This document shows, one piece after another, positions 51,055 to 64,000 of a DNA stretch of 64,000 bases. A program made the translations under genes and the position numbers. The first letter of the stretch is position 1, and each line of letters starts with the position of its first letter. Below the pieces are notes generated by a model, which had not been told where the DNA came from, did no database searches, and saw only the letters and a list, made by a program, of their open reading frames with translations. Location of the stretch: NCBI RefSeq assembly GCF_964355755.1, contig NC_092672.1:18489237-18553236 (forward strand), written 5' to 3'. This DNA comes from Antedon mediterranea (lineage: Eukaryota > Animalia > Echinodermata).

Positions 51055-51941
51055 TATTATACAAATAATGAATGTTTATGAGTGTAATGGTACAAATAAT
51101 GGCATGAGGTGAATGATGAAAGGTTATATATCACAGAGGCAAAGCTGAGTTGATATTTAACCTTTCATCATTCATCAAATGCCATTATTTATGCCATTAT
51201 TTGTACCATTGCACGAATATAAAACATTCACTTATTTTTTTTATATAACATCTAATTTCTAAATAGATTCCGGTCATTTGAATCAAATAAAAGGTAGCTC
51301 TGGCCTACATTTAATTCACATTGATTAAAACAGTAACATTTGGTTTTTAATAATATTATATTATATTATTATTATATTATTTTATATTTATATGGATTTA
51401 TAAAGACACCTACTTTAGTGATAATTATGTTAACAAACGACCAAACATTCATAGGTCTAGCAAGGCTAAAACACCTAGGAGGCCTAGCCTAATACTAACA
51501 GGCTTAGGCCTATATGCTAGATCTAGTACTAGCGTGGCTGAAAGGCAAAACTTCGACAGACAATTGAAACTCATCTAGGCTAATTATGGTTTTTCAAACG
51601 ATTTCACATCTTGTAGAGATGTTCCCATTAATGAATCAAAATTCTACAAACGATCTACATCTAATTTAAATGCCCTTTTAATCTAAATTAGTACATATAT
51701 CTTTCCAGAAACGTACTACCATCACGAAAAAAAAACGCGACGAAAGTACAAAATAGGTGACGCTGTTGTATTTCAAAAGCAATAGTATAAAACAAAATAT
51801 TTTCCAAATGCGAAAAGATTTTTTTAGTCGCACACGAAAAAAAGTACTATTAAACAATTGTTTAATAGTGCGTACTATTGAACGCCATGTGACCCACATT
51901 CGTCCAATCAAATAACTGGAATTTATTTAGGTGTTATATAA
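51055..51941. mobile_element. Non-autonomous element with a ~190-bp terminal palindrome and asymmetric inverted repeats
   Basis: Stem arms ~51058-51134 and ~51151-51245 around the loop AGAGGCAAAGCTGAGT. TTATATAACATCTA (51241) is inverted to TAGGTGTTATATAA (51928). Confidence 0.55.
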
Positions 51942-52562
51942 ACTGAATTATATTGAGTTAAAACTATACTACTGTATATTAAATTTCCAGACGTTATCAA
52001 GCCTCTTGAATTTCCCGAATATTAAAAAAATCTCTAATCTAAAATTTTGGTTCAAAATAAAAACTTTTTTTCAAGCTCATGTTGTTCTCTGTATGTGTTT
52101 TTTAGCAGGTTATTTCTGTATTTAATACTAAATTACATTCTAGTTGCTAGAGTGCAGGACGTATTTTTGGTAAAACAAATCTTTTCAAACGTATCAAATC
52201 TGTTAAAACGTGTCAAATTAAAACATCTTATTCCTAAAACCAACACTTTCATCATATTTGGATCTGTGTATATCTTGCAGGATAATAAACCAAATAAGAG
52301 GAGATAATCTAATAAAATATTAAGTTGAATTCCAATACTCTCTGAGAATTCAATCCAACTCTGCCCTAAACTGTCTTGGCCAAATCTAAGTCGGCCCCTA
52401 GTCAAGTCGGCCCCATGTCAACTCGGCCTCACAGATCAACTCGGTCAAAAACTAATCGGTCAACTCGGCCTCCATTAAAGTATGGAACACATAAAGTGAA
52501 GCGAATTAATAAAAAAATAAAATGACGTGGGGCCTACTTGACATATACGGCCGATAAGGTTT

Positions 52563-52727
52563 AAGGCCTGCACCCCTCTCTGGAATGCCTGTACTGTGCT
52601 AACTCAATGTTTACCCAGCGCACACACAGCTTGGACAAGGCCTGCACCCCCCCCCCCCCCCTTCTCTCTCTGAAATGCCTGCACTGTGCTAACTCAATGT
52701 TTACCCAGCGCACACACAGCTTGGACA
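52563..52727. repeat. Two-copy ~75-90-bp tandem duplication
   Basis: AAGGCCTGCACCC...CTGTGCTAACTCAATGTTTACCCAGCGCACACACAGCTTGGACA twice; the second copy has an expanded C-run. Confidence 0.85.
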
Positions 52728-53077
52728 TTTTGTTGAGTTTAGTAGATAACAAATTTGAAAAGGCAGATGTGTTTTTTTCTTTATTGTTTTCCATGGAACA
52801 TCTGCTATGAAAAAAGTAGTTTTGTTTCATGACTGTTTGTAATATTCTTAACAAATCTCAATCAAAAGTCATTAATAATAGCTTGCAAAAAGGAGGGAAA
52901 ATTGAAACTAGACAATATACTTTTGAAGGACAATATTTGTTCTTTGTTAAGATAGTACTATCAGATAATTATACCATTTCTAGAAATATATGAAACTAAA
53001 ATTTAATACATTAAGAAATATGTACAACATTTACATGGAAAAGTTCTTTATTTATAAACAAAAAAAACAAATTTTAA

Positions 53078-53485
53078 GGTAATATGTTAAAAAACATAGA
53101 CCAAATTTTAAGTTAATATGTTAAAAACATAGAACAAAGTTTATAGTAATATGTTAAAAACATAGACCAAAGTTTATAGTAATATGTTAAAAACATAGAA
53201 CAAAGTTTATAGTAATATGTTAAAAAACATAGACCAAATTTTAAGTTAATATGTTAAAAACATAGACTAAAGTTTATAGTAATATGTTAAAAACATAGAC
53301 CAAAGTTTATAGTAATATGTTAAAAACATAGACTAAAGTTTATAGTAATATGTTAAAAACATAGAACAAAGTTTATAGTAATATGTTAAAAACATAGACC
53401 AAAGTTTATAGTAATATGTTAAAAACATAGAACAAAGTTTATTGTAATGTTAAAAACATAGACTAAATTTTAAGGTAATATGTTC
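53078..53485. repeat. AT-rich 33-34-bp minisatellite, ~12 copies
   Basis: Unit GTAATATGTTAAAAACATAGACCAAAGTTTATA. Confidence 0.93.
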
Positions 53486-53893
53486 ATCGTACACTAAAAC
53501 ACATAAATGCCACCGGTGTGAACTAGGCCCTAAATTGTTATTAATTTTCTCATGCCACTAACCACTTAAGTTTCTGAAATATGTAATACTGTATAACAAT
53601 CTTGTGTACAGCATACAGCATTCAACAAGTTTTAATTCAATCACATTAAACAAACAAGAAACAACAGCTACAAAAACTTTCTATCATAAAACCTGAATTG
53701 AGCAATATCTAAATAATAGAAAGTCAAGCTAAAACAAACAGTTTCCCCTCCACTTAGCAATGCTACATTGCCTGCGGACATCCGCCAACACAAAGTCTCT
53801 CACGCTGGATATATTGACTTTTTCCATAGGGGCAGTAGAGTGGAAGATTTGAAATTTATAAAGAATGGCTTTCTTGGGAACATTACAACAGGT

Positions 53894-56800
53894 TACAGAT
53901 GGAGACTGTATCCTATTATATACTGTACAGGTTACAGATGGAGACTGTATCCTATTATATACTGTACAGATGGAGTCTGTATCCTATTATATACTGTACA
54001 GATGGAGTCTGTATCCTATTATATACTGTACAGATGGAGACTGTATCCTATTATATACTGTACAGATGGAGACTGTATCCTATTATATACTGTACAGATG
54101 GAGACTGTATCCTATTATATACTGTACAGATGGAGACTGTATCCTATTATATACTGTACAGATGGAGACTGTATCCTATTATATACTGTACAGATGGAGA
54201 CTGTATCCTATTATATACTGTACAGATGGAGACTGTATCCTATTATATACTGTACAGATGGAGACTGTATCCTATTATATACTGTACAGATGGAGACTGT
54301 ATCCTATTATATACTGTACAGATGGAGACTGTATCCTATTATATACTGTACAGATGGAGACTGTATCCTATTATATACTGTACAGATGGAGACTGTATCC
54401 TATTATATACTGTACAGATGGAGACTGTATCCTATTATATACTGTACAGATGGAGACTGTATCCTATTATATACTGTACAGATGGAGACTGTATCCTATT
54501 ATATACTGTACAGATGGAGACTGTATCCTATTATATACTGTACAGATGGAGACTGTATCCTATTATATACTGTACAGATGGAGACTGTATCCTATTATAT
54601 ACTGTACAGATGGAGACTGTATCCTATTATATACTGTACAGATGGAGACTGTATCCTATTATATACTGTACAGATGGAGACTGTATCCTATTATATACTG
54701 TACAGATGGAGACTGTATCCTATTATATACTGTACAGATGGAGACTGTATCCTATTATATACTGTACAGATGGAGACTGTATCCTATTATATACTGTACA
54801 GATGGAGACTGTATCCTATTATATACTGTACAGATGGAGACTGTATCCTATTATATACTGTACAGATGGAGACTGTATCCTATTATATACTGTACAGATG
54901 GAGACTGTATCCTATTATATACTGTACAGATGGAGTCTGTATCCTATTATATACTGTACAGATGGAGACTGTATCCTATTATATACTGTACAGATGGAGA
55001 CTGTATCCTATTATATACTGTACAGATGGAGACTGTATCCTATTATATACTGTACAGATGGAGACTGTATCCTATTATATACTGTACAGATGGAGACTGT
55101 ATCCTATTATATACTGTACAGATGGAGACTGTATCCTATTATATACTGTACAGATGGAGACTGTATCCTATTATATACTGTACAGATGGAGACTGTATCC
55201 TATTATATACTGTACAGATGGAGACTGTATCCTATTATATACTGTACAGATGGAGACTGTATCCTATTATATACTGTACAGATGGAGACTGTATCCTATT
55301 ATATACTGTACAGATGGAGACTGTATCCTATTATATACTGTACAGATGGAGACTGTATCCTATTATATACTGTACAGATGGAGACTGTATCCTATTATAT
55401 ACTGTACAGATGGAGACTGTATCCTATTATATACTGTACAGATGGAGACTGTATCCTATTATATACTGTACAGATGGAGACTGTATCCTATTATATACTG
55501 TACAGATGGAGACTGTATCCTATTATATACTGTACAGATGGAGACTGTATCCTATTATATACTGTACAGATGGAGACTGTATCCTATTATATACTGTACA
55601 GATGGAGACTGTATCCTATTATATACTGTACAGATGGAGACTGTATCCTATTATATACTGTACAGATGGAGACTGTATCCTATTATATACTGTACAGATG
55701 GAGACTGTATCCTATTATATACTGTACAGATGGAGACTGTATCCTATTATATACTGTACAGATGGAGACTGTATCCTATTATATACTGTACAGATGGAGA
55801 CTGTATCCTATTATATACTGTACAGATGGAGTCTGTATCCTATTATATACTGTACAGATGGAGACTGTATCCTATTATATACTGTACAGATGGAGACTGT
55901 ATCCTATTATATACTGTACAGATGGAGACTGTATCCTATTATATACTGTACAGATGGAGACTGTATCCTATTATATACTGTACAGATGGAGACTGTATCC
56001 TATTATATACTGTACAGATGGAGACTGTATCCTATTATATACTGTACAGATGGAGACTGTATCCTATTATATACTGTACAGATGGAGACTGTATCCTATT
56101 ATATACTGTACAGATGGAGACTGTATCCTATTATATACTGTACAGATGGAGACTGTATCCTATTATATACTGTACAGATGGAGACTGTATCCTATTATAT
56201 ACTGTACAGATGGAGACTGTATCCTATTATATACTGTACAGATGGAGACTGTATCCTATTATATACTGTACAGATGGAGACTGTATCCTATTATATACTG
56301 TACAGATGGAGACTGTATCCTATTATATACTGTACAGATGGAGACTGTATCCTATTATATACTGTACAGATGGAGACTGTATCCTATTATATACTGTACA
56401 GATGGAGACTGTATCCTATTATATACTGTACAGATGGAGACTGTATCCTATTATATACTGTACAGATGGAGACTGTATCCTATTATATACTGTACAGATG
56501 GAGACTGTATCCTATTATATACTGTACAGATGGAGACTGTATCCTATTATATACTGTACAGATGGAGTCTGTATCCTATTATATACTGTACAGATGGAGA
56601 CTGTATCCTATTATATACTGTACAGATGGAGACTGTATCCTATTATATACTGTACAGATGGAGTCTGTATCCTATTATATACTGTACAGATGGAGACTGT
56701 ATCCTATTATATACTGTACAGATGGAGACTGTATCCTATTATATACTGTACAGATGGAGTCTGTATCCTATTATATACTGTACAGATGGAGACTGTATCC

Positions 56801-57482
56801 TATTATATACTGTACAGATGGAGACTGTATCCTATTATATACTGTACAGATGGAGACTGTATCCTATTATATACTGTACAGATGGAGACTGTATCCTATT
56901 ATATACTGTACAGATGGAGACTGTATCCTATTATATACTGTACAGATGGAGACTGTATCCTATTATATACTGTACAGATGGAGACTGTATCCTATTATAT
57001 ACTGTACAGATGGAGACTGTATCCTATTATATACTGTACAGATGGAGACTGTATCCTATTATATACTGTACAGATGGAGACTGTATCCTATTATATACTG
57101 TACAGATGGAGACTGTATCCTATTATATACTGTACAGATGGAGACTGTATCCTATTATATACTGTACAGATGGAGACTGTATCCTATTATATACTGTACA
57201 GATGGAGTCTGTATCCTATTATATACTGTACAGATGGAGACTGTATCCTATTATATACTGTACAGATGGAGACTGTATCCTATTATATACTGTACAGGTT
57301 ACAGATGGAGACTGTATCCTATTATATACTGTACAGGTTACAGATGGAGACTGTATCCTATTATATACTGTACAGGTTACAGATGGAGACTGTATCCTAT
57401 TATATACTGTACATGGATGGAGACTGTATCCTATTATATACTGTACAGATGGAGACTGTATCCTATTATATACTGTACATGG
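53894..57482. repeat. 32-bp minisatellite, ~110 highly homogeneous copies
   Basis: Unit CAGATGGAGACTGTATCCTATTATATACTGTA. A few 39-bp variants (+CAGGTTA) at both ends and scattered A>T variants. Confidence 0.98.
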
Positions 57483-58739
57483 ATTCAAACCAAAGACCTC
57501 CCAAAGTGCACATATTCACAACAAGTGTAATGATGGAAATAAGTTTTGTTAATCTTTTGAAAAAATAAAAACTAAGTTTAAGCTTGTAAGTTAAGTTATT
57601 CAATTGAGTAGTGCTAGTAGTAGTGCTTTTCTTTCTTTTGCAAAAACTCAAATAAATTGTCTAACTTCATGAGAAATATTTAATTTTTACTATATTTTCA
57701 TATTCGCATGCATAAACATAATCAAATTTATCCAAAAATTATATTATTTATCTAAATATAATCAGCAGAATATTCAATATTGTGAAAAATACTACAACTC
57801 AAAATGAAAGCTATGTTTTACAATAGAACAACACTCAAAAATGAAAAACTGTAGTTCCTGTACAACAGATTGTTTGTATAAAGTGTTAAAAGGTTGCTTG
57901 TCAATCTAGTTGATGTTGAAATCTGATAAGGATGAAAACATTTATAGATGCCAATTTTGGAACACGTTTTGAAAGTGAAATGACAGTTCAGGAAGCTATG
58001 AAGAATAAAAACGCTTTGATACAATAACAAGATGATTCTAGGGACTAAAAAAATACGCAAATCTGAACACTACCTATATAGGGTTAAAGGACAACTTTCC
58101 CAAGAACCATATTCTAATAATGTATCAGAACAATTGCAAGATTTAGTATATTGCCGCACAGGCTAACCCTCGCCATCGCCGTAATTGCTGTAACGTCCAT
58201 GGCAAAATCTACCTCACACAGCGAGTTTTCACTGTAATTGTAAATAGCGTCACTTCAATTGCTAATTTGACCTGTATTAGGCTTACATTTGCCCACATTT
58301 TCAGTCTGGTATTTTGAAGAAACACTTCATTATCCATATAGGCAAAAGAAACAATAAACAATTTTTTACGCTTTATCTAAAAAGTGAGTTTACTAGAAAT
58401 GTTCGTGCTTTGCCAGACCTGTCTACTGACCCGAAAGAGTAGCTGGAAACTGTAGTGCCACTGATTTTGGCGAACATCTCATCTGGTATGCAGGAGTAAA
58501 TTTGATTGATTAGAAGTCAGTAGGTTCAGACCAAATAGGGAAAACCCATGTCTGATAATTCTGTTTTTTTGCTTCAAATGACAAGATCGATTATCACCAA
58601 AATTTATGAGGGAATAACTACTGTAAATAATTTTAACTTATAGTCTTGCATCACAGATCAACATTCACTAAACAGAAATGTTTTAATATAGCTATTATCA
58701 ATACACTAAATATTGATTATTACAGTTTTAAAAAGATTC

Positions 58740-59015
58740 GGATTAAGCCCTCCACGGACCCACGGCAGCCAGCAGTGCAGCGCCTACCAGATCAGCACAC
58801 CGGGAGACGATCCCTACTCTTTTCGAATAGTGTACCAAGTTCTTTAACGTGCACTGTTAAGTACACGGAACCAACGGCTTTACATCCCATCCGAAGGACG
58901 AGGCAATGAAAGTAAAGCATCTTGCCTAAGGATGCAATTAGTATGGTACAGATAAAACCTCGAACCCATGCCTATCACATGCTAGTCCGATATTACCATT
59001 ACCCCATTACTCTCC
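58740..59015 (-). mobile_element. tRNA-derived SINE with a Deu/Nin-like conserved central domain
   Basis: Minus strand has A-box TGGGGTAATGG and B-box GGTTCGAG, then TCCTTAGGCAAGATGCTTTAC and GGATGGGATGTAAAGCCG...CGTTAAAGAAC...CACTATTCGAAAAGAGTAGGG...CCCGGTGT. Confidence 0.72.
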
Positions 59016-59021
59016 AGTATA

Positions 59022-59135
59022 TACAGCACCCGCCGCGATTTCTAGACGGTCTCCCATTGAGAACGCAACCGGGCACAACGCTGCTTAACTTCGGTGATCT
59101 GATGAGAACCGGTGTTTCAACGCAGTATGGCCGTA
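59022..59135 (-). pseudogene. 5S rRNA-derived sequence (pseudogene or SINE3-type head)
   Basis: Minus strand TACGGCCATACTGCGTTGAAACACCGGTTCTCATCAGATCACCGAAGTTAAGCAGCG...ATGGGAGACCG...GGGTGCTGTA is clearly 5S-like; the 3' half is diverged and there is no oligo-T terminator. Confidence 0.9.
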
Positions 59136-61197
59136 TATATACAGTTTTGTTCCGCTTTCTGAAATTAGATTACATTAGTTACTTCTTTCTAAAGTACTAT
59201 ATATTACTTTAATGCACACTGTACAATTTTAGACAAATTTAGTGTATCGCACCAGCGATGATTTAATTTTAAATTTTACGCTTTTTTTTTCACTTTACTA
59301 ATAATGTATATAAAGTGGAGCCTAAATGAAAGCATAGCTTCAAATAATAATGAATTTTTTACTAACACACACATAATTTTAATAAATTCAAAACATAAAA
59401 AAGTAAATATAGGTTATATAAATTATTTAACAAAGATGAATGTAAATAATAAAAAAAATTACAAAGAAACGATACATGTTTTTAAAATCTATTTTATTTT
59501 TCCAAAAAATAAAAAAAAAATAGAGAGGGGGGGGGGGGAGGAAGGCATACTGTACGCCTACTACACTCCCGCTAGATCCGCCACTTAGACTATCAATCTA
59601 GTTTATATAATTCTAAAATGATCACAGTAAATCATTTTATTTAAGAGATTCGTAGTTTGTTCACCTTATATCTTGACAAGTACTACATTCTCCTCATCTC
59701 AATCTTATGTGAAAAGTGTGATAGATTGAAACCTATTTAATAGGTTTTCTTAAGTTTAATCCCATCATCTTGTAATCTGGTTCTCATGTAAATACTTAGA
59801 GCTGTTTTCCTCTCACTCCAGTGAATTAACACAGCATGTTTAGGCCCGTGCAACCATCACACAGATACAGTTACGCATTACTGGCACCTATAATGGGGAT
59901 CAATGACTGAACAAGTACAAATGCATATCAGATTTGCCCTCAGGTGCACCTTTTGTTGCTAATTTCATTCACTGTTTTAAAGCCGTCAGCTGTGAATAAT
60001 CACGTTATTGTGATTGTTGAAAATGCCATTCACGACCATTCAAGAGATAGGAAGTAAACAGAAAAACATGATGGTACACGTTTACACATTGCCACTGCTG
60101 CCTTTAAAAAAATACTACTAACCTAACAAAATATCAATAATTTGTTTTTAGGGCATTACAAGAAGAAACAAGAACAGTTCTGACTAATTTATTGTTAACA
60201 TATCCTATACATATTGGTAATTAGATATACTTTAATCAATGCTTTTAGTATTTACATTTTAAACTTGATATCAAGGGTTTTTAAAGCTACATTTTGATTT
60301 AAAATACACAAGGTCAAGTAAAATTAATTGTTAATTTTCATGTCTACTCATCACATTTTTGAGTCTCATGAACAGATTTACAATTTATTAGTATATTTCA
60401 AAAAGCATAATTTATCTAAGGAAAAGAAAATTTAAACCAATGTAAAGAATGATTATTCTGGGCTTGGACATGAAATATGATATGAAACCATGATTTACTT
60501 TTAAATACACATATAGGGTTTTACAAGATCGTAATATAATAAAATATTAAATAGCAAATAGTAAAACTCCTCACCAAAAGCAAAGCAGTACAATTACTTA
60601 GCCTACGGTCACACTACAGCCTCAAGCCTGGCAAGACTCACTCCAAATGAGAGGCCAGGTTTAAGTTTATTGATAGTATAATAATATATTAATATATGTC
60701 CAGTTAATCCCAAAATTCCTATCAAAATATTTGGTCAGACTAATGCAATAGGTCACATGAAAGGTAGTGATGATTACAAGAGCTCCTCTAATGACTCTCT
60801 ATGGGTCTCTTTCTGATAAAAGAAAACGTTTCAGTATGGTAACAGTAAAACATCGTTTAACCGGTTATCGCTGTGCAACTTGGCAATGGCAAACTAACGT
60901 CTTTCTCCATTGACTTAAATGAGTGAACTACCGTAGCATTTGATTTTGGGTAATGACATTATTTTATACTACAAGGATTTCAATTTTTTTAAACACAAAT
61001 ATACATTTTATTTGTATTATTATCTATGAAATTATCTACAGTTGTATAACTGCATATTATTATTTTGACAATAGTAGTTCCATGATGGTTGCAAAATGTC
61101 AATCCATTTTTTGTCATAAAACATTATTAATACATTTACCTCATTTTTTAAAATTGTAAAATTGGTTATGCCTAGAAATAAATGAGGGTTTCTTTTC

Positions 61198-61619
61198 TGC
61201 GAGTTGCGAGTTGGAAAATGCAAGTTGTGAGTTGGAAAATGCAAGTTGCGAGTTGGAAAATGCGAGTTGCGGGTCGGAAAGTGCGAGTTGCGGGTCGGAA
61301 AATGCGAGTTGCGAGTGGGAAAGTGCGAGTTGCGAGTCGGAAAGTGCGAGTTGCGTGTCGGAAAGTGCGAGTTGCGGGTCTGAAAGTGCGAGTTGCGGGT
61401 CGGAAAATGCGAGTTGCGAGTCGGAAAATGCGAGTTGCGAGTCGGAAAATGCGAGTTGCGGGTCGGAAAATGCGAGTTGCGGGTCGGAAAATGCGAGTTG
61501 CGGGTCGGAAAATGCGAGTTGCGGGTCGGAAAATGCGAGTTGCGGGTCGGAAAGTGCGAGTTGCGGGTCGGAAAATGCGAGTTGCGGGTCGGAAAATGCG
61601 AGTTGCGAGTCGGAAAATG
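61198..61619. repeat. 21-bp minisatellite built from 7-bp subunits, ~20 copies
   Basis: Unit TGCGAGTTGCGGGTCGGAAAA. Confidence 0.95.
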
Positions 61620-61718
61620 TTATGAATGCAACATAAACATGGCTGAATCCATATTTCGTCAAATGAACTTTGGCATATTATTAGCCAATGTCATGTCCCA
61701 ATTAGCCTAGCATTCAAA

Positions 61719-62776
61719 GGCCCTGTTCAGACCCATGGCGTTAGACCGTTTTAGCGTACAACGTTACTATCAAGGTCACATTACAAACCGCAGAGAAAAA
61801 AACGAGGTGTTCAGACCCATAGCGTACGATTATCGTTACAACGGAAGTACGTCATCCAGGTTGTTTCTAGTTGCATATTCATGTACTCTTACCCACGTGT
61901 TTTCATCATTATTTCCACTGTATATAGGCCTAGATCTCAGCCCTACAATTATGACAAAATTTGCCGTAAATAAAACATACCTCAGCATTTATTTAAGAAA
62001 AAAATATAGTAAAGCCAAATTTCTGTTTCTATTGTTTTTATTTTGTAGTAAAAAACATTTTCCCCAGGCTCTTGTGTTACGAAAATAAAGCAGGCCTCGT
62101 AATGATGAAGAAAACAATGATTGTGATTAGTCTATCCAGTCCAGTCAAAGATATATATTCTTTAGTTCAGTCGGTTGAAAATAACCCTTAACTTGCTAAT
62201 AAAAGGGACACAGCTCCCCTTGTTTGTTTACTGATTTTTTTAGGAGTTAGGGGGTTTTCAGCATTAAACTTGTCCAGTCTAGTCTGCCTTGATGAATGAG
62301 TGACTTGATGTCCCACGCTAGTTTTTAGCTTGAATGAAATGCGTGAATGGCTCTAGGCCTAGCTAGGCCTAAAAGCGGATGGGATCGTAGTCCCTATGTT
62401 TAAATACAAGGTGCATGTATTTATGTCATTTGTTAGAAAATATAATGGTAATCAGTTGATAATAGTTTGTAGCCTTTGTAACAGTTGTATTTGTAGTGTA
62501 GTTAGGCCTTATTTATTCTGGCCTTTTTGTTATTGAAATCCATCTCACACATTGACGATACAAGATGTCAGCCTAGGTCAAACCTTGTTTCGCGTCATAA
62601 CAGGAAACGTTGACTTACAGTAGCGTCGTACGCTAAAACGGTACTATCAACCGTTTTCCACTACAACGCTACAACCGTTGTACGACGCGTTGTACGCTAA
62701 TCCCCAACTGTTCAGACACACATTCTTTTAGCGTCGTACGCTAAAACGGTCTAACGCCATGGGTCTGAACAGGGCC
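61719..62776. mobile_element. Young PIF/Harbinger-like non-autonomous element, 1058 bp
   Basis: 41-bp perfect TIR GGCCCTGTTCAGACCCATGGCGTTAGACCGTTTTAGCGTAC; 3-bp flanking duplication AAA. Confidence 0.88.
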
Positions 62777-63228
62777 AAATTGTATTCTCAATCTTATCTT
62801 TACCTAAAACATGTAGTTACTAGTATGTCACTATGATTTATTAACGCTGTATGGTGTAATGTCATAAATCAGAAAGTTCATTAACTGAAATTTGAAGTAA
62901 CCAAACTTGATATATTTGACTTATGAAAGTGAACTTGAAACCTGCTTTTTATGGCCAAGTTTTCGCACTGTTCCTTTAGGCAGTTAGTTATATTCAAGAG
63001 GACAGAAGCATTAGGAAACTGTATAGTACTACAGCTGAACCCTTTCTGGGAGAAGAGACTCTATGAGATTATACAGACAGTAGTTGATAAGACCTGTTCA
63101 AACATTTTTTTTTCCATTTTGGCTGTCAATTTATCATTGTCAAAACAATCCTTCCTCTATGGTAAATATTTTTTACAAATAGTGTGTATAGATGAAAAAT
63201 TATTTGACATGGAGGTATAAAATAATTA

Positions 63229-63523
63229 CAGTCGACGACCTTCTCATTTACACACTTCTCAATTACGAACCTTCTATTTTACTAACGCTGTTCGAGTGAT
63301 GACATCATCAGCCAATTAAAAAAATATAACAACATTTTTTAATACTGTTTGTTCTTCTTACTATACTATATGCATGCACAAAGTCTTACAAGGGCTTGTT
63401 TGGGCATGTTTTACCACTAATTTTATTAATAGAGGGCGCTTTTCCCTGAACCTTCTCATTTACAAACTTTTCCATTTACGAACAACTCTCAGTCCAAGGA
63501 TATGTAAATGAGAAGGTCGACTG
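63229..63523. mobile_element. Tc1/mariner (pogo/Tigger-like) MITE with TA TSD
   Basis: TA|CAGTCGAC(GAC)CTTCTCATTTACA ... TGTAAATGAGAAGGTCGACTG|TA. Confidence 0.85.
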
Positions 63524-64000
63524 TATATGGGAAATTAAAAATTGTGTTTACTAAAATGTGGGTCACTACAGCCTTAGGGAGTAACGCCTACACGCCTAAC
63601 GAATATGTACAGTACTATAGTTTAGTTTATTTGATACTATATTTACTAAACAAAATTTTTACCTTACACAAAATATTTACTTCTGATTATTAAACAAAAA
63701 TAATTAATAACAATTACATCATTATTTGTTATATTAAATAGAATATCAATAAAAAAGTACCATTTACTAAAGAAAGAACAATAATTAAAGCAGTTTTTTT
63801 TGTAAGAAATATTTCTTGTTAACATGTTCTACATAATGCACTGCCGCGCTTGCTAGTTGAAAAAGAGGAATGTCATTATAGGATCAAGTATTACCAATAG
63901 GAAACAATTAATTAAAATGATTTACCATGAGGTAACCAATGTTCTAGTATGGGATTGGGATTGATGGAACTTTACTAACTATAAATTTGCTAATTGAGAT

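Noticed and set aside
53768-57568. Three ORFs of >1200 aa
   Set aside because: They are translations of a stop-free 32-bp tandem repeat, giving the same peptide in all three frames.
59022-59135. Functional 5S rRNA gene
   Set aside because: Diverged internal control region and 3' half, missing terminal bases and oligo-T terminator, and not in a tandem array.
61141-61710. Overlapping repeat ORFs (SDPQLAF, ENASCGS, RVGKCEL)
   Set aside because: Translations of the 21-bp array.

Overview
AT-rich, repeat-dense animal genomic DNA, probably from an invertebrate deuterostome (inferred from the LINE, SINE and MITE repertoire; not provable here). It is not prokaryotic, and the long ORFs in the track are mostly translations of tandem repeats. 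Two host genes are supported. The first is seven minus-strand, phase-compatible exons (34107 to 17993) encoding the C-terminal ARM-repeat part of a TMCO6/importin-alpha-like protein; one exon carries an in-frame TAA, and no 5' exons were found in the window. The second is an intact, single-coding-exon plus-strand gene (38581-40437) for a signal peptide + LRR + Ig protein with a probable GPI signal, lying upstream of or nested in an intron of the first gene. The rest is nested transposon debris (CR1/L2-type and Rex1/Babar-type LINEs; PIF/Harbinger-, piggyBac-, Tc1/mariner- and Kolobok-like non-autonomous elements; SINEs) plus eight minisatellite arrays (46, 45, 44, 25, 27, ~33, 32 and 21 bp). 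The most unusual element is a decayed unit at about 1.7-7.6 kb. After two later insertions are removed, it reads in one orientation as PHD finger, herpes-tegument-like (VTD/C76) cysteine protease N-half, vertnin-type OTU protease, and hAT transposase. Also notable is a 5S rRNA-derived copy abutting a tRNA/Deu-domain SINE.
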